DNA from: Pristiophorus japonicus
Lineage: Eukaryota
NCBI RefSeq assembly: GCF_044704955.1
Contig: NC_091985.1
Location: 145,824,001-145,888,000 of the forward strand
Length of the DNA: 64,000 nucleotides
Reading direction: 5' to 3'
How positions within the stretch are numbered: the first letter of the stretch is position 1; every line of letters begins with the position of its first letter. A program made the position numbers and the translations under genes. The notes below the pieces were generated by a model. That model searched no databases, was not told where the DNA came from, and was given only the letters and a program-made list of their open reading frames with translations. Positions 10,201 to 25,200 of this stretch are shown here, piece by piece.

Positions 10201-13200
10201 TGGAAATCTAAATACACCACATCCATCGGTACATCTCTATCCACCATGCTCATTATATCAAAGAATTTCAGTAAGTTAGTTAAACATGATTTCCCTTTCA
10301 TGAATCCATGCTGCGTCTGCTTGATTGCACTATTCCTATCTAGATGTCCCGCTATTTCTTCCTTAATGATAATTTCAAGCATTTTCCCCACTACAGATGT
10401 TAAACTAACCGGCCTATAGTTACCTGCCTTTTGCCTGCCCCCCTTTTTTAAACAGAGGCGTTACATTAGCTGTTTTCCAATCCGTTGGTACCTCCCCAGA
10501 ATCCAGAGAATTTTGGTAGATTATAACGAATGCATCTGCTATAACTTCCGCCATCTCTTTTAATACCCTGGGATGCATTTCATCAGGACCAGGGGACTTG
10601 TCTACCTTCAGTCCCAATAGCCTGTCCAGCACTACCCCCTTAGTGATAGTGATTGTCTCAAGGTTCTCCCTTCCCACATTCCTGTGGCCTGCAAATTTTG
10701 GCATGGTTTTTGTGTCTTCCATTGTGAAGACGGAAGCAAAATAATTGTTTAAGGTCTCAGCCATTTCCACATTTCCCATTATTAAATCCCCCTTTTCATC
10801 TTCTAAGGGACCAACATTTACTTTAGTCACTCTTTTCCGTTTTATATATCTGTAAAAGCTTTTACTATCTGTTTTTATGTTTTGCGCAAGTTTACCTTCG
10901 TAATCTATCTTCCCTTTCTTTATTGCTTTTTTAGTCATTCTTTGCTGTTGCTTAAAATTTTCCCAATCCTCTAGTTTCCCACTAACCTTGGCCACCTTAT
11001 ACGCATTGGTCTTTGATTTGATACTTTCCTTTATTTCCTTGGTTATCCACGGTTGGTTATCCCTTCTCTTGCCGCCCTTCTTTTTCACTGGAATATATTT
11101 TTGTTGCGCATTATGAAAGAGCTCCTTACAAGTCCTCCACTGTTCCTCAATTGTGCCACTGTTTAGTCCTTGTTTCCAGTCTACTTTAGCCAACTCTGCC
11201 CTCATCCCACTGTAGTCCCCTTTGTTAAGCATAGTACGCTCGTTTCTGACACAACTTCCTCATCCTCAATCTATTACAAATTCAACTATATTGTGATCAC
11301 TCATTCCGAGAGGATCTTTTACGAGGAGATTGTTTATTTTTCCTGTCTCATTACACAGGACCAGATCTAAGATGGCTTGCTCCCTTGTAGGTTCTGTTAC
11401 ATACTGTTCTAAGAAACAATCTTCTATGAATTCCTCCTCCAGGCTACCCTGTGCGATTTGATTTGACCAATCTATATGTAGGTTAAAATCCCCCATGACT
11501 ACTGCCGTTCCTTTTTCGCATGCCTCCATTATTCCCTTGATTATTGCCCGCCCCACCATGAAGTTATTATTTGGGGGCCTATAAACTACGCCGACCAGTG
11601 ACTTTTTCCCCTTACTATCTCTAATCTCCACCCACAATGATTCAACATTTTGTTCATTGGAGCCAATATCATCCCTCACAACTGCCCTGATATCATCTTT
11701 TATTAACAGAGCTACCCCACCTCCTTTCCCTTTTTGCCTATCTTTCTGAATCGTCTGATACCCCTGTATGTTTAATTCCCAGTCTTGGCCACCTTGCAAC
11801 CATGTTTCTGTAAAGGCCACCAAATCATACCCATTTGTAATGATTTGTGCCGTCAACTCATTTATTTTATTTCGAATGCTGCGTGCATTTAGGTAGAGTG
11901 TTTTCATCCTAGTTTTTAAACCATGATTTTTAGTTTTGACCCCTCCTGCAGCCCTTTTATATTCAGTGGCCCTTTTTGTTTCTTGCCTTTGGTTTCTCTG
12001 CCCTCCACTTTTACTCATCTCTTTTCTGTCTTTTGTTTTTGTCTCCTTTTTGTTTCCCTCTGTCTCCCTGTATTGGTTCCCATCCCCCTGCCATATTAGC
12101 TTAACTCCTCACCAACAGCACTAGCAAACACTCCCCCTAGGACATTGGTTTCGGTCCTGCCCAAGTGCAGACCGTCCAGTTTGTACTGATCCCACCTCCC
12201 CCAGAACCTGTTCCAATGCCCCACGAATTTGAATCCCTCCCTGCTGCACCACTGCTCAAGCCACGTATTCATCTGTGCTATCCTGCGATTCCTATTCTGA
12301 CAAGCACGTGGCACTGGTAGCAATCCTGAGATTACTACTTTTGAGGTCCTACTTTTTAATTTAGCTCCTAGCTCCTTAAATTCGTCTCGTAGGACCTCAT
12401 CCCTTTTTTTTAACCTATGTCGTTGGTACCAATGTGCACCACGACAACTGGCTGTTCTCCCTCCCTTTTTAGGATGTCCTGCACTCGCTCGGAGACATCC
12501 TTGACCCTTGCACCAGGGAGGCAACATACCATCCTGGAATCTCGATTGCGGCCGCAGAAACGCCTATCTGTTCCCCTTATGATTGAATCTCCTATCACTA
12601 TCACTCTCCCACTCTTTTTCATGCCCTCCTGTACAACAGAGCCAGCCACGGTGCCATGAACTTGGCTGCTGCTGCTCTCCCCTGATGAGTCATCTCCCTC
12701 AACAGCACTCAAAGCAGTGTATCTGTTTTGCAGGGGGATGACCAGATGGGACCCCTGCACTACCTTCTTTGTACTACTCTTCCTGCTGGTCTTCCATTCC
12801 CTAGCTGGCTGTGGATCCTTCTCATGCGGTAAGACCAACTCACTACACGTGCCACTTATGTCATTCTCAGCATCGTGGATGCTCCAGAGTGAATCGTTTT
12901 GGACCAGATATGATAAATTGGGAATATTCTGTTACATTTCATTTGTGTGCACTTTTATCCAGAGAAAGAAGCATTTGAGGGATGGGTTAAGGAAGGAGTC
13001 TGTAAAGTAACAACAATCTTAACTCCAAAGCAGCAAAAATGTTATTTTTGATAAAAGTATAATCACGTGCTTATAAAATCTCCTGTATTTGAAAACCATG
13101 GAGTAATGGGGCACTCTCCCACACCATCTAAAGCATTCTGTCCTACCATCTCTGTACTGCATGACCCTGAACTTGTTTTGCTTCCTTTTCCTGATAGATG

Positions 13201-16200
13201 TTGCGTTGCAGAGAGAGGTGGAAGGTGATCTCATTCTCGGAGACATGGGTGCTGGCATTCCATTTCGGCCTGGCACCTTTGATGGTTGCATCAGGTAATG
13301 GAGAACTGATGGGCACCTGACATTGCCTTCTACGTAAACACTTAACACCATGCAGTAGTCGTGTTTGAAGGAAAGGCAGCAAGGTTTATTTTGTCGCGGC
13401 ACTAGTTTGCAGGGAAAGGAATTGATGTGGACAATCCACGTGGTCTATGCGGGTCCGGAGCTCGATCCTGCTTTAATGAGATTTTCTCTTCTGTCCCAAA
13501 AATATAATTTAAATTTATTTATTGGTTAAGTGCAGAATTTTAAAATGCAGCTCTTTGATGTGAAGGTTTTTTTCCCCCAGATCGTCATTCATGTCCAGTT
13601 CCCAAAATAAAGCTTAGTCTTGTTCTGGTCTTTTCCAGGATAAACTTCAGGCCACTGTTGTCGAGGTGATCAGGAACTGATTGTGTGCTTTTTAAATTGA
13701 AGTCTCAGTTCCCTCTAGTTGCTCTGTATTTCTCTGAATTTATGAACTTGTGTTTATGCTGCCGAGAGGGTGGGTGAATGGTTTTGTGCCCCCCCCCCCC
13801 ACCCGGATCTGTGCCAATGTCCCAACTATCTGTTCAGTTCACCCAGGCAATAAATCACCAGAAAATACTGCAACATACAAGGTTTTGCAGTCTACCCAAC
13901 TGGTCCCAAAAAGAAAATACTCTTCAGTCACCCACTCCTTCAAATACTGATTAGTTTTTGCACACTTTCTGGCCAGTCCGTTTTACACGTTCACTACTCT
14001 GTGTAAAGCTACATCTAAACTGCGCGCCTTCTCTCTTGGCCTGTGCCTATATATCTCTCGGTTCTGGAGTTTATGGCAATCTCAAACATTATCAGAAAGT
14101 AATTTTATCGCTGCATTCCTTTAAGCATCTGGAATGCCTTGAATAAACTCTCCCCTAAACCTTTCCTTCTCCAGACTAAACAATCCCAGGCTCCTCGGCC
14201 TCCCCTCACAGCCCAGATGTTTTAAACTGGGTATCAGTTTGGTACCACTGTTTTATTTAAAAAAAACAGTGTGATATTTATAATCATTCCCCATTGTTGG
14301 GTTGTCGCCCAAGCATCATATTTGAACAAGGCTCTTAACTCTGCTCTACTCATTGGAATTCAGAATAATGAGAGGTGATCTTATCGAAACGTATAAGATT
14401 ATTGAGGGGGCTTGACAAGGTGGATGCAGAGAGGATATTTCCACTGATGGGGGAGACTAGACCTAGAGGGCATGATCTTAGAATAAGGGGACGCCCATTT
14501 AAAACTGAGATGAGGAGAAATTTCTTCTGAGGGTTGTAAATCTGTGGAATTCGCTGCTTCAGAGAGCTGTGGAAGCTTGGACATTGAATAAATTTAATAC
14601 AGAGACAGTTTCTTAACTGATAAGGGAATAAGGGGTTATGGGGAGTGGGTAGGGAAATGGACCTGAGTCCATGATCGGATCAGCCAGGATTGTATTAAAT
14701 GGCGGAGCAGGCTCGAGGGGCCGTATGGCCTACTCCTGCTCCTATTTCTTATATTATGAACGAGAACCAACGATGGAAGCAGTGAATTTAATGGTGTGCC
14801 TTTTCTTGCTCTCCTCAGTATTTCTGCCCTGCAGTGGCTGTGCAACGCGGATAAGAAGAGTCACAGTCCTCCGAAGCGGCTCTACAAATTCTTCAGCTCC
14901 CTGTACGCCAGTCTGGTAAGCTTTAGGACTGGGGAACTTCAGTATCCATGGCACCCGGAGGACAGAGGTGGTTGTTTTTGTGTGTAGATTGCTTGGATTT
15001 TATAAGAACATTAGAAGTAGGAGTAGGCCATTAGGCCCCTTGATCCTGCTCTGCCATTCAATGAGATCATGGTTGATCTTCGACCTCAACTCCACTTTCC
15101 TGCACTATCCCCATATCCCTCGATTCCCTAAATATCCAAAAATCTATTGATCTCTGTCTTGAATATACTCAACAACTGAGCTTGTACATCCCTCTGGGGT
15201 AGAGAATTCCAAAGATTCACCACCCTCTGAGTGAAGGAGTTTCTCCTCACCTCAGTCCTAAATGGCCGGCCCCTTATTCGGAGACTGTGACCCCTGGTTC
15301 TAGACTCCCCAGCCAGAGTAAACATCCTGCATCTATCCTGTCAAGCCCTGTAAGAATTTTATATGTTTCAATGAGATCACCTCTCATTCTTCTAAACTCG
15401 AGAACAAAGGCCTAGTCTATTCAATCTCTCCTCATAGGACAATCCCCCCATCCCAGGAATCAGTCTGGTGAACCTTCATTGCTCTCCCTCAATGGCAAGT
15501 CTATCCTTCCTTGGGTAAGGAGACCAAAATTGTGTATTTGCAGTATATCACCTGAAGGATTTCCCCTGCACTTGGGTTGTATGCTGTTAGTAGAACAGCT
15601 CTGGGTATTCAGATGATGCAGGAAATGATGCAAGAAAACCGGAGGAAAGAATTATAATGTACATCCAGACATTTTAATTGTGTTTCTCTTCTCTATTCTC
15701 CTCTCTCTTTCCCCCCGCCCCCCCCCCCACCTGCCATTCTCAGCTACAGCACTCCCACCCCCAAAAGAATTGGGATCCCATTTTACTCGTGCAGCAATAC
15801 ACATCACCAAGGATCAGAGATCGCACACTACTGAGCTGCGGCCCTCTAGTTGAGAACCACTGAGGGTTTGGTGTGGGTACGTTTTGGTGCAGGTTTGCCA
15901 TGTGAACTCCTAGAAGAGCTGTTAATATTCACTCGAATGAAACTGGGATTTAACAGAATCATTGTGTTATTTTTTGACCAGAATAGCTGTTTTCTGTATT
16001 CACCTGTTTTACAGGTACGGGGAGCTAGAGCTGTGTTTCAGTTGTATCCTGAGAACTCCGAGCAGGTTGGTTATTACAATATTAAAATAGTGCAACTTAA
16101 TACCCGACATATGGTGAGCGTGTCGACCTCCTGTTCTCTTCGTCCTCCTAGCTTGTTGAGTGCGCAGTGAATCGTGACTGCTTTTGTGAGATAAATTCAG

Positions 16201-19200
16201 CAAGCTCGCTGAAATCTTAGTCCACGCAAATCTTGTGGCGCGTTCTGTAAATGATCATTCGATAAGGTGAGTGTGTGAGCTCATCAGGGTTTAGTCATTA
16301 CAACACTCATCCTACTAGATTGTGCTGGAGAAGAGAGCCAGTTTGGCTCAATGCTGTTTGACTTTTCTCTGGTGAGTAGCAGTCACTCTTGCTGGTCATT
16401 GCTCCATGCGCAGCAACAGCACTGCAGTACTTCCCCCAAGTGGCCATTCTTCACCCAAGCCTAAACGGCCAGTGTCGTTGAGCTATTGATCCAAGGAGCG
16501 CATCACAGTCAAGCCCAATTGCCTTGTCACCCGACCTCTACACAAGTGCACTTTCCAGCTAGGTCACTGGGTGGCAAACAGCAGCAGCAGAGAGGATTAC
16601 GGGAGATTTAATCGAGGTGTTCAAAATTATGAAGGGTTTCAATTGAGTAAATAAGGAGAAACCGTGTAAATGAGAAACTTTCCACTGACCGAAGACACAG
16701 TTTTAAGATAATTGGCAAATGAACCAGAGAGGAGATGAGAATTTATTTTTACGCAGTGAGTTATGATGATCTGGAATGCACTGCCTGAAAGGGTGGTGGA
16801 AGCAGATTCAATAGTAACTTTCAAATGAGAATTGGATAAATACTTGAAACGGAAACATTTTCTGCGCTATGCAGAAAGAACAGGGGAGTAATTGGGTAGC
16901 TCTTTCAAAGACCTGGCACAGGCACAATGGGCTGAATGCCTCTCCTTCTGTACTGTATAATTCTAGGATATCTAGTTGTCTTTTATTGCCCTCCCCTCTG
17001 TAACACAAGGAGCCGAGGCTCATTTGTTGGCATCCCAGGTCAACTCAACACAGACAGGGGATTCAACCTGTGACCTTCTGCACAGAATGACGTCGTACTA
17101 CGTTAGATGTTGTCCCTGTCAGGCCATTGTAGTGGCTCCGTGTTATGTTTTCTGAGTCCTGCAGGCTTTGGATGGATTTTTAGCATCATCGTCATAGTGT
17201 AATTGTAGTTTGATATGTCTCTATTCCTGGCTCTGTCCTCTTGCAGCCTCTGTAGGCCTTGTCTGATATCACGAGCAGCAGTTGCTACTGTATCCACAGA
17301 TGCTGCAGTATTAATCGGTGCCGCCTTTAATTTGAATCGTGTTGGAAATTACTGAGAGCGCTTCCCTCGGCCAATGGCTCATTCACTTTATGCAGCTGAG
17401 CCGTGTGGACAGGAAGGTCCCACGTTTGATGTCTGATCTCTTCTGAGTTAGCTGACCTCATTTGGGCCAGCAGTTATGTCGGTGAGGGTTAGGGAGGGGA
17501 AAATCGGCCATGATTCCACTTCAAATTGCCATTTGGTAACCCCTGTTACTAGTACGTGTGAGATTATTGGGCAAGTGTAGGATTAGGCTCAGCTGTGCTG
17601 CCTCCTGCAGTTGAATTGCCTAATACTCACTGTTTAGCCTCACACGTTTTAACTGTTTCTAAAATGTTGTCGTGCCATATCAAATGCCTCAAAACACGAC
17701 TCACACACTGATTTACTTGGAATTGTGTTGATTGCGTAGCTAAGAGAGCTCCTTGTTCTTTATCAAGTCGTGCCATGGGATTTTAAACATGTAACTGAAC
17801 CAACGGAACAGGCAGATAGTGCCTTAGTTCAATATCTCATCCAAAGGAAGACACTTCCAACACTCAATGCAGCCCGAGTGCTGCAGTGGGGTGATGGTCT
17901 GGATGATGTGCTGAATCCCAGAGTGGGGTTTTAACACACAACCACCTGACTCTGACAAGGGCGCTTCTTGGACATGGTACCAAAGGGTGCCCGTAGAACC
18001 ATATCCCAGCAAAGAGGAGGGAGAGGGGAAGAATTACTAAAGGGAGGGGAGAATGAATGATTGACTAAAGTTAGTATGATTTTTTTTTTGTCTTCAGCTG
18101 GAGTTAATCACAGCGCAAGCGATGAAGGCTGGTTTCACAGGTGGGATGGTGGTGGATTACCCCAACAGCAGCAAAGCAAAAAAGTGAGCATCAGAGTGGT
18201 CTTGTTTTCTGGTGGGAACACAGTTAGTATTAAGAAACACTGTTGTAACTGGTTTTATTCTTCTGTTTTGAAGTAATTTCTGTCTGCTTAAATGTTGGCC
18301 CTTAGCTTAGAGTTACCATACTCGCCTCTGAGTCAGGAGGTCGTGGGTTCAAGTCCCACTCCAGAGCACATAAATCTAGGCTGACACTCCAGTGTAGTAC
18401 TGAGGGAGCATCGCACTGACTGAGGTGCCTTCCTTCAGATGAGAAGTTAATCCGAGGCCCTGTCTGCCCCCTCAGGTGGACTTAAAAAATCCCACGGCAC
18501 TATTCGAAGCAGAACAGGGAAGTTCTTCCAGTGTCCCTCAACAACACCTAAAAGCAGATGATCTGGTTACTTATTTCATTGCTGTTTGTGGGATCGTGCA
18601 GTGTGCAAGTTAGCTGCTGCATTAGTTGACGTAACAGCAGTTCCTACACTTCAAAAGTACTTCATTGGCTGAGAATGTGAAAAGCGGCATTTAAATGCAA
18701 GTTCTTTTTGTTATCAGAACAAATTGCAACTTCCATCAGTATATTTTTCAAATAATTGAAAGGGAATAAGCGAACTGGCCTAAATTTTCACCTTGATGTA
18801 AATAGACTATCTACTGTGGGGCAGTTAGATTATTATTTTATCCTGCATGTAGGTTTCTCATTTGCTGGCTATATATAAATCTGGAAAAGGCTTGCTGATT
18901 GTCTAACCAGATGATCCTCCTGACATGTTTACTATCCATCTGTCCCTAGATTATCTGCAAATTCTTGAGAATTCTGAGATTTATTTCTGCCTCTTTATTT
19001 CAGCCCACTCTTCCCGGTCTAAATCAGCAGTTGCTTTGTTCTGTAGATTCTATCTTGAGTTTCTCAGAAGGTTGGGGAATGATACTGATCTGCTAACCAT
19101 GGCTGCACATTTATCTCAATGTAATGGTTGATCTTGCAGTAAACATATGAGTATTCCATCTCCATATCCCCCTAATCTTTGTCTCTGGGCAGTGATCGGA

Positions 19201-22200
19201 TATGAAGCAGTCAGCTGATGTTCCAGGCAAGTTGCAGACTGTGTTGGGATGTGGCAAGCTGGCCCCTCTTCCTGAATTAGCTCACTGGGGGGGCGGGGCG
19301 GGAAGAGGGGGAAACAAAATTAGTACTGGGGTAAAGACAGCAATGGCGTGGGTGTAACACAAGGATGGATTGACTCTGGGTACAATAGCCCCCTGGGTAT
19401 TCTGTGAACACGAACTGCACTTCAAAAAGCAATTCATTGGCTCTGAATCGCTTTGAGACTTCCTGAGGATGTGATAAAATGCTATATATAAACGCATGTT
19501 CTTTCTGTCCATGTCCATGTGAGTATTGATTGTTAACTCTTTCTTTCTCAGATTCTTCTTGTGTTTATTTGCTGGAGTCTCCGGAAAACTGCCCATGGTA
19601 ACTCTTCTATCTAATTTCACTGGGATATTGCAGGTTGCTCCCAGTTCCTGTGTTGTACTTGTGCTGGCTCCATAGTGAGCAGAGTATTTATTTCCAGCTG
19701 ACTCCTCCTAGGTTGCACACACAAGTCACTGTACACCAAGCCTCTGAGATTCTCCCGAGGCTCCCTGAAAAAGAACGAATCCAAATAAATACAGGAAATC
19801 GATCTAGATATGGTGCCATAAAACTCTACATAGAATTTTTAAAAATATCCACAAAGGCAGCAAAATTGGCAATTTAAAAAAAAAAGTGAGTGACAGTAAC
19901 ATTTTCTTTTATAACAAGGTGGCGGGGAGAGGGGGAGTACTTTGCCCTACCCCCACACCAGGAATGTCCAGCCCACAACCTTATCGCTCCCAATCCCTGG
20001 CAATCCAACCCTTGGGGGCCCGGACGACTCGGCTATATTTCCACGTTTTAGTCGCTGGTTTGTAGGCTGGAATTTTGGAAAGGCCTTTTCTTAGTGCTGT
20101 AGCCTCAATGGCAAATAAACCGTAAATCACAGCACGCAGATCTATTCGTATCAGCAACTTGAGATGTTTGTAAATTAACGGAGACATAGATTTGAACTTT
20201 GTGGGTCCCCAAGCCTCTATGGTACACAGCAGTGCAACTCATTAAGGTAAAACCTTGGCTGTCCTGCCCTAGAATTTCCTTTCTCGTTAGTTTTGTAGGT
20301 ACTTGTGTTGGAGCTAAAAAAAATCCCTGAGCAGTGACTTGTGTTGCAAGACTGTCCTTTCATTTCTCGGGAGCGGGTTTCAAATTTCCACAGAGCGGTT
20401 CAGGTTCCACAGTTAAATCAATTAGAGGTGGTCTTACTCCAGCCCTTCCCAATTGCTGCGGTTCCACAGCTCCAATCCACCCTCAGACTGGACATGAATC
20501 CAACACCATTTTAGAAAAGAAATAGTGACGTTGTCCCTCCTGCAGCCACAGATTCTCAGTCGAGTTTGGAACTGGATGTTGCTGCACGTGAGTGCCAACA
20601 GGCTCTTCTGCCATGAAGAATATTGCTGCTGACTTGCTTGATATCTGAGTACCTCCCAATAGGAGCCGCTGATAGTTTGTTTCCCCTCTATAACCCCAGA
20701 GACACTGAGCCCCATTCTTGTGTATCTTCCCCCCCCCCCCCCCCCCCCCCCACCCCTCAACTGTTGCTGCAGTGACCTTAACTCAGTAGGCCTTCAAGAG
20801 AAAACACCAGGTTCAGATAACGTCAGATGAATTTAAATTTAATTTCAGTGTCTGTTTCAGATCCCTGTTTTTGGATGTCCAAACCCAGGGGATTGCTTTA
20901 CGTTGCGCAAACTTCATAGCCGGCTTGTGTTTTCTGGTCCACATTGCATGTGCTCAAAAACCTCAAACAGCCAGTGTCTGAACTGATGCACCCCAGGCAT
21001 TGCAAAGACTTCCCGCATTGAGACGAGACTGTGACTGTCAAAGTTCCGTATATAATCAAAACTAAATTACGTTCAGCATCCATTGGCTCTATAAGCTATC
21101 CAAGTTATGCATTCTGAGCTGGTAGTGGGGTAAAGCAGTCACAGAATTTCATGAATTAAACAAAAGCAGTCAGTGTTGTCGTTAACTAGTGTACCTGCTA
21201 CCTGCTACCGGGCAGGGCTGTCGTTAACTAGCGTACCTGCTACAAGGCAGGGCTGTCGTTACTAGTGTACCTGCTACCGGGCAGGGATGTCGTTAACTAG
21301 TGTACCTGCTACCGGGCAGGGCTGTCGCTAACTAGTGTACCTGCTACCAGGAGGGTGGGGGCAGGGTGGCAAATTTTCTGTGAACCTGTCTGCTTCCTGT
21401 TAGACAGGAGGATCTGAAGGCAGTTTCGAACAACCTTAACCCAGGGACACATGCCAGTATATTTTAAACTTCAGAGTGTCGGAAGTCAGTTCATCCAATA
21501 GCCTGAGGTAATTCCCCATTATTCCCACTCTTCCCAGTGTGCGGACACACGTTCTGTCCTTTCATCTCTGGGAATTGGGTTTAAATCTGCCCCAGTCTGA
21601 CGATTGATTTTGATGAGTGTTTCTCTGCTGGTTGTACCCATCCTATGTGGAGTGTGTGTGTAACCGTCCTATCCTGAGTGAGTCTGGGTGTAACCGCCCT
21701 ATGTGGAGAGAGTCTGGGTAGCCTTCACCTTGCAGACAGAACAAACTGCCCACTAATTAGATACAGATTGCAAAGTTGTCAATCACACTTCGTCACGAGG
21801 ATGGCGGCGGTGGGCAAAGGAAATGCCACACTGGTATTGCGACGAACCTTCTGAGGTTGTGACTGACAACAGGTAATCTATCACTCCTCGCCCTCCTTGA
21901 CCTGTCTGCAGCCTTTGACACAATTGACCACTCCTCCAAAGCCTCTCCACCATCGTCCAGCTGGGTGGGACTGCACTCGCCTAGTTCCATTCTTATCTGT
22001 CTAATCGTAGCCAGAGAATCTCCTGCAATGGCTTCTCGTTGCACACTCGCATCGTTATCTCTGAGATCCGTCAAGGATCTGTCCTTGGCCCCCTCCTATT
22101 TCTCATCTATGTGCTACCTCTTTGCGATATCATCCGAAAACACAGCGTCCGTTTCCACATGTACGCTGACGATACCAAGCTCTACCTCTCCACCACTTCT

Positions 22201-25200
22201 CTCGACCCCTCCATGGTCTCTAAATTGTCAGACTGCTTGTCCAACAACCAGTACTGGGTGAGCAGAAATTTTCTTCAATTCAATATTGGGAAAAGCAAAG
22301 TCATTGTCTTTGATCCCTGCTACAAACTGCATTTCCTAGCCTCCATCCCTCTCCCTAGCATCTATCTGAGGCCAAAGCAGACTGTTTGCAACCTGGGCAC
22401 CATATTTGACCGTGAAATGAGCTTCTGGCCACGTATCCACGGCATAACTAAAACTACCTCTAACTTTCACCTCTAACATTGCCCGCCTCAGCTCTTCTGC
22501 TTCATCCATGACTGTGTTATCTCTAGACTTGACTACTCCACGCATTCCTGGCTGGCCTCCCACATTCTACCCTATGAAAACTTGAGGTCATCCAAAACTC
22601 GGCAGCCCGTGTCTGATCAACCATCACCCTTGTGCTTTCTGACCTATATTGGCTCTAAGTTAAGCAATGCCTCGATTTCAAAATTCTCATCCCTGTTTAC
22701 AAATCCCTCCATGGCCTCGCCCCTCCCTATCTCTGTAATCTCCTGCAGCCCCACAAACCCCCCCCCCCCCCCGCCCCCCCGAGATGTCTGCGCTTCTCAA
22801 ATTCTGCCCTCTTGAGCATCCCTGCTTATAACTGCTCAACCATTGGTGACCGTGCCTTCAGCTGCCTGGGCCCTAAGCTCTGGAACACCCTCCCTAAACC
22901 TCTCCGCCTCTCTACCTCTCTTTCCTCTTTTAAGACACTCCTTCAAACCTACTTCTTTGACCAAGTTTTTGGTCATATGCCTCGGTGTCAAATGTATCTA
23001 TTTTTTCTGATAACGCTACTGTGAAGCACCTTGGGACATTTTACTATGTTAAAGGCTCTATATAAATAAAAGTTGTTGGACCGAAGGCACATTTGTTGAG
23101 GCAGAGAATTGGTGTCTGGCCTATTCTGTGCCTGAAAATTGTTCCATTAAACACTGAACACATGACACAACTTGAGCATAAATAAATCTCTGGCAGGTAA
23201 AGTAAATGTAACAGTAAGTGCCTTGGGACATTTTACTATGTTAATGGCACTATGTAAATACAAGTTCAAAGTTAGTATTTTGTTTTTCCGATTGAAGCTC
23301 CAGGTTGAAACGTGGAGCTTTATGGGGGAAAAAATGTTTGATTTCATTGGGATTAAACTAATGCTTTTGACAGCTTTTCTCCTCACGTCATCTGTCTCTG
23401 ACTTCTCCTTCTAACTTTTCCCTTCCCCCTCCCTCATCGTCTCTCGTCCTTCTGAGTCCACTGTCCCACCAGAGGTGTATTGACAAACCCGTCCAGCTCA
23501 GTGGACTTGTGCAATTGCCTCCTCCCTACTGTGAGTAATATTGGGTTAAAGTTACTGGAGCTGGGTTTATGCCAGTCTCCCTTGTGGTATGAGGCTGGTT
23601 GCTCACTGTGCTGCGGAGTTCTGTCTACGGCCTGTGGCTTAACCAATCTGGCCTACCAAACCCAGCCGACTTTGTCCGATTCATGCTTTTATTTCTGGTT
23701 TGTCCTGTTGAATTCCATATATCTGGAAACATAGAAACATAGAAAATAGGTGCAGGAGTAGGCCATTCGGCCCTTCGAGCCTGCACCGCCATTCAATAAG
23801 ATCATGGCTGATCATTCCCTCAGTACACCTTTCCTGCTTTCTCTCCATACCCCTTGATCCCCTTAGCCATAAGGGCCACATCTAACTCCCTCTTGAATAT
23901 ATCCAATGAACTGGCATCAACAACACTCTGCGGCAGGGAATTCTATAGATTAACAACTCTTGAGTGAAGAAGTTTCTCCTCATCTCAGTCCTAAATGGCC
24001 TACCCCTTATCCTAAGACTATGTCCCCTGGTTCTGGACGTCCCCAACATTGGGAACATTCTTGCTGCATCTAAGTGTCCAGTCCCGTCAGAATCTTAAAC
24101 GTTTCTATGAGATCCCCTCTCATCCTTCTAAACTCCAGTGAATAAAGGCCTAGTTGATCCAGTCTCTCCTCATATGACAGTCCAGCCATCCCTGAAATCA
24201 GTCTGGTGAACCTTCGCTGCACTCCCTCAATAGCAAGAACATCCTTCCTCAGATTAGGAGACCAAAACTGAACACAATATTCCAGGTGAGGCCTCACTAA
24301 GGCCCTATATAACTGCAGTAAGACCTCCCTGCTCCTGTATTCAAATCCCCTAGCTATGAAGGCCAACATACCATTCACCGCCTGCTGTACCTGCATGCCC
24401 ACTTTCAGTGACTGATGAACCATGACACCCAGGTCTCGTTGCACCTCCCCTTTTCCTAATCTGCCGCCATTGAGATAATATTCTGCCTTCGTGTTTTTGC
24501 CCCCAAAGTGGATAACCTCACATTTATCCACATTATACTGCATCTGCCATGTATTTGCCCACTCGCCTAACCTGTCCAAGTCACCCTGCAGCCTCTTAGC
24601 GTCCTCCTCACAGCTCACACCGCCACCCAGTTTAGTGTCATCTGCAAACTTGATATTACACTCAATTCCATCATCTAAATCATTAATATATATTGTAAAG
24701 AGCTGGGGTCCCAGCACTGAGCCCTGCTGCACTCCACTAGTCACTGCCTGCCATTCTGAAAAGGACCCGTTTATCCCGACTCTCTGCTTCCTGTCTGCCA
24801 ACCAGTTCTCTATCCACGTCAATACATTACCCCCAATACCATGTGCTTTAATTTTGCACACCAATCTCTTGTTTGGGACCTTGTCAAAAGCCTTTTGAAA
24901 GTCCAAATCCACTGGTTCTCCCTTATCTACTCTACTAGTTACATCCTCACATAATTTCAGAAGATTTGTCAAGCATGATTTCCCTTTCATAAATCCATGC
25001 TGACTTGGACCAATCCTATCACTGCTTTCCAAATGCGCTGCTATTTCATCCTTAATGATTGATTCCAACATTTTCCCCACTACTGATGTCAGGCTAACCG
25101 GTCTATAATTACCCGTTTTCTCTCCCTCCTTTTTTAAAAAGTGGTGTTACATTAGCAACCCTCCAGTCCATAGGAACTGATCCAGAGTCGATAGACTACT

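Noticed and set aside
9823-10419. 198-aa plus-strand ORF (and similar at 24491-24898, 59751-60230)
   Set aside because: Antisense shadows of LINE RT frames.
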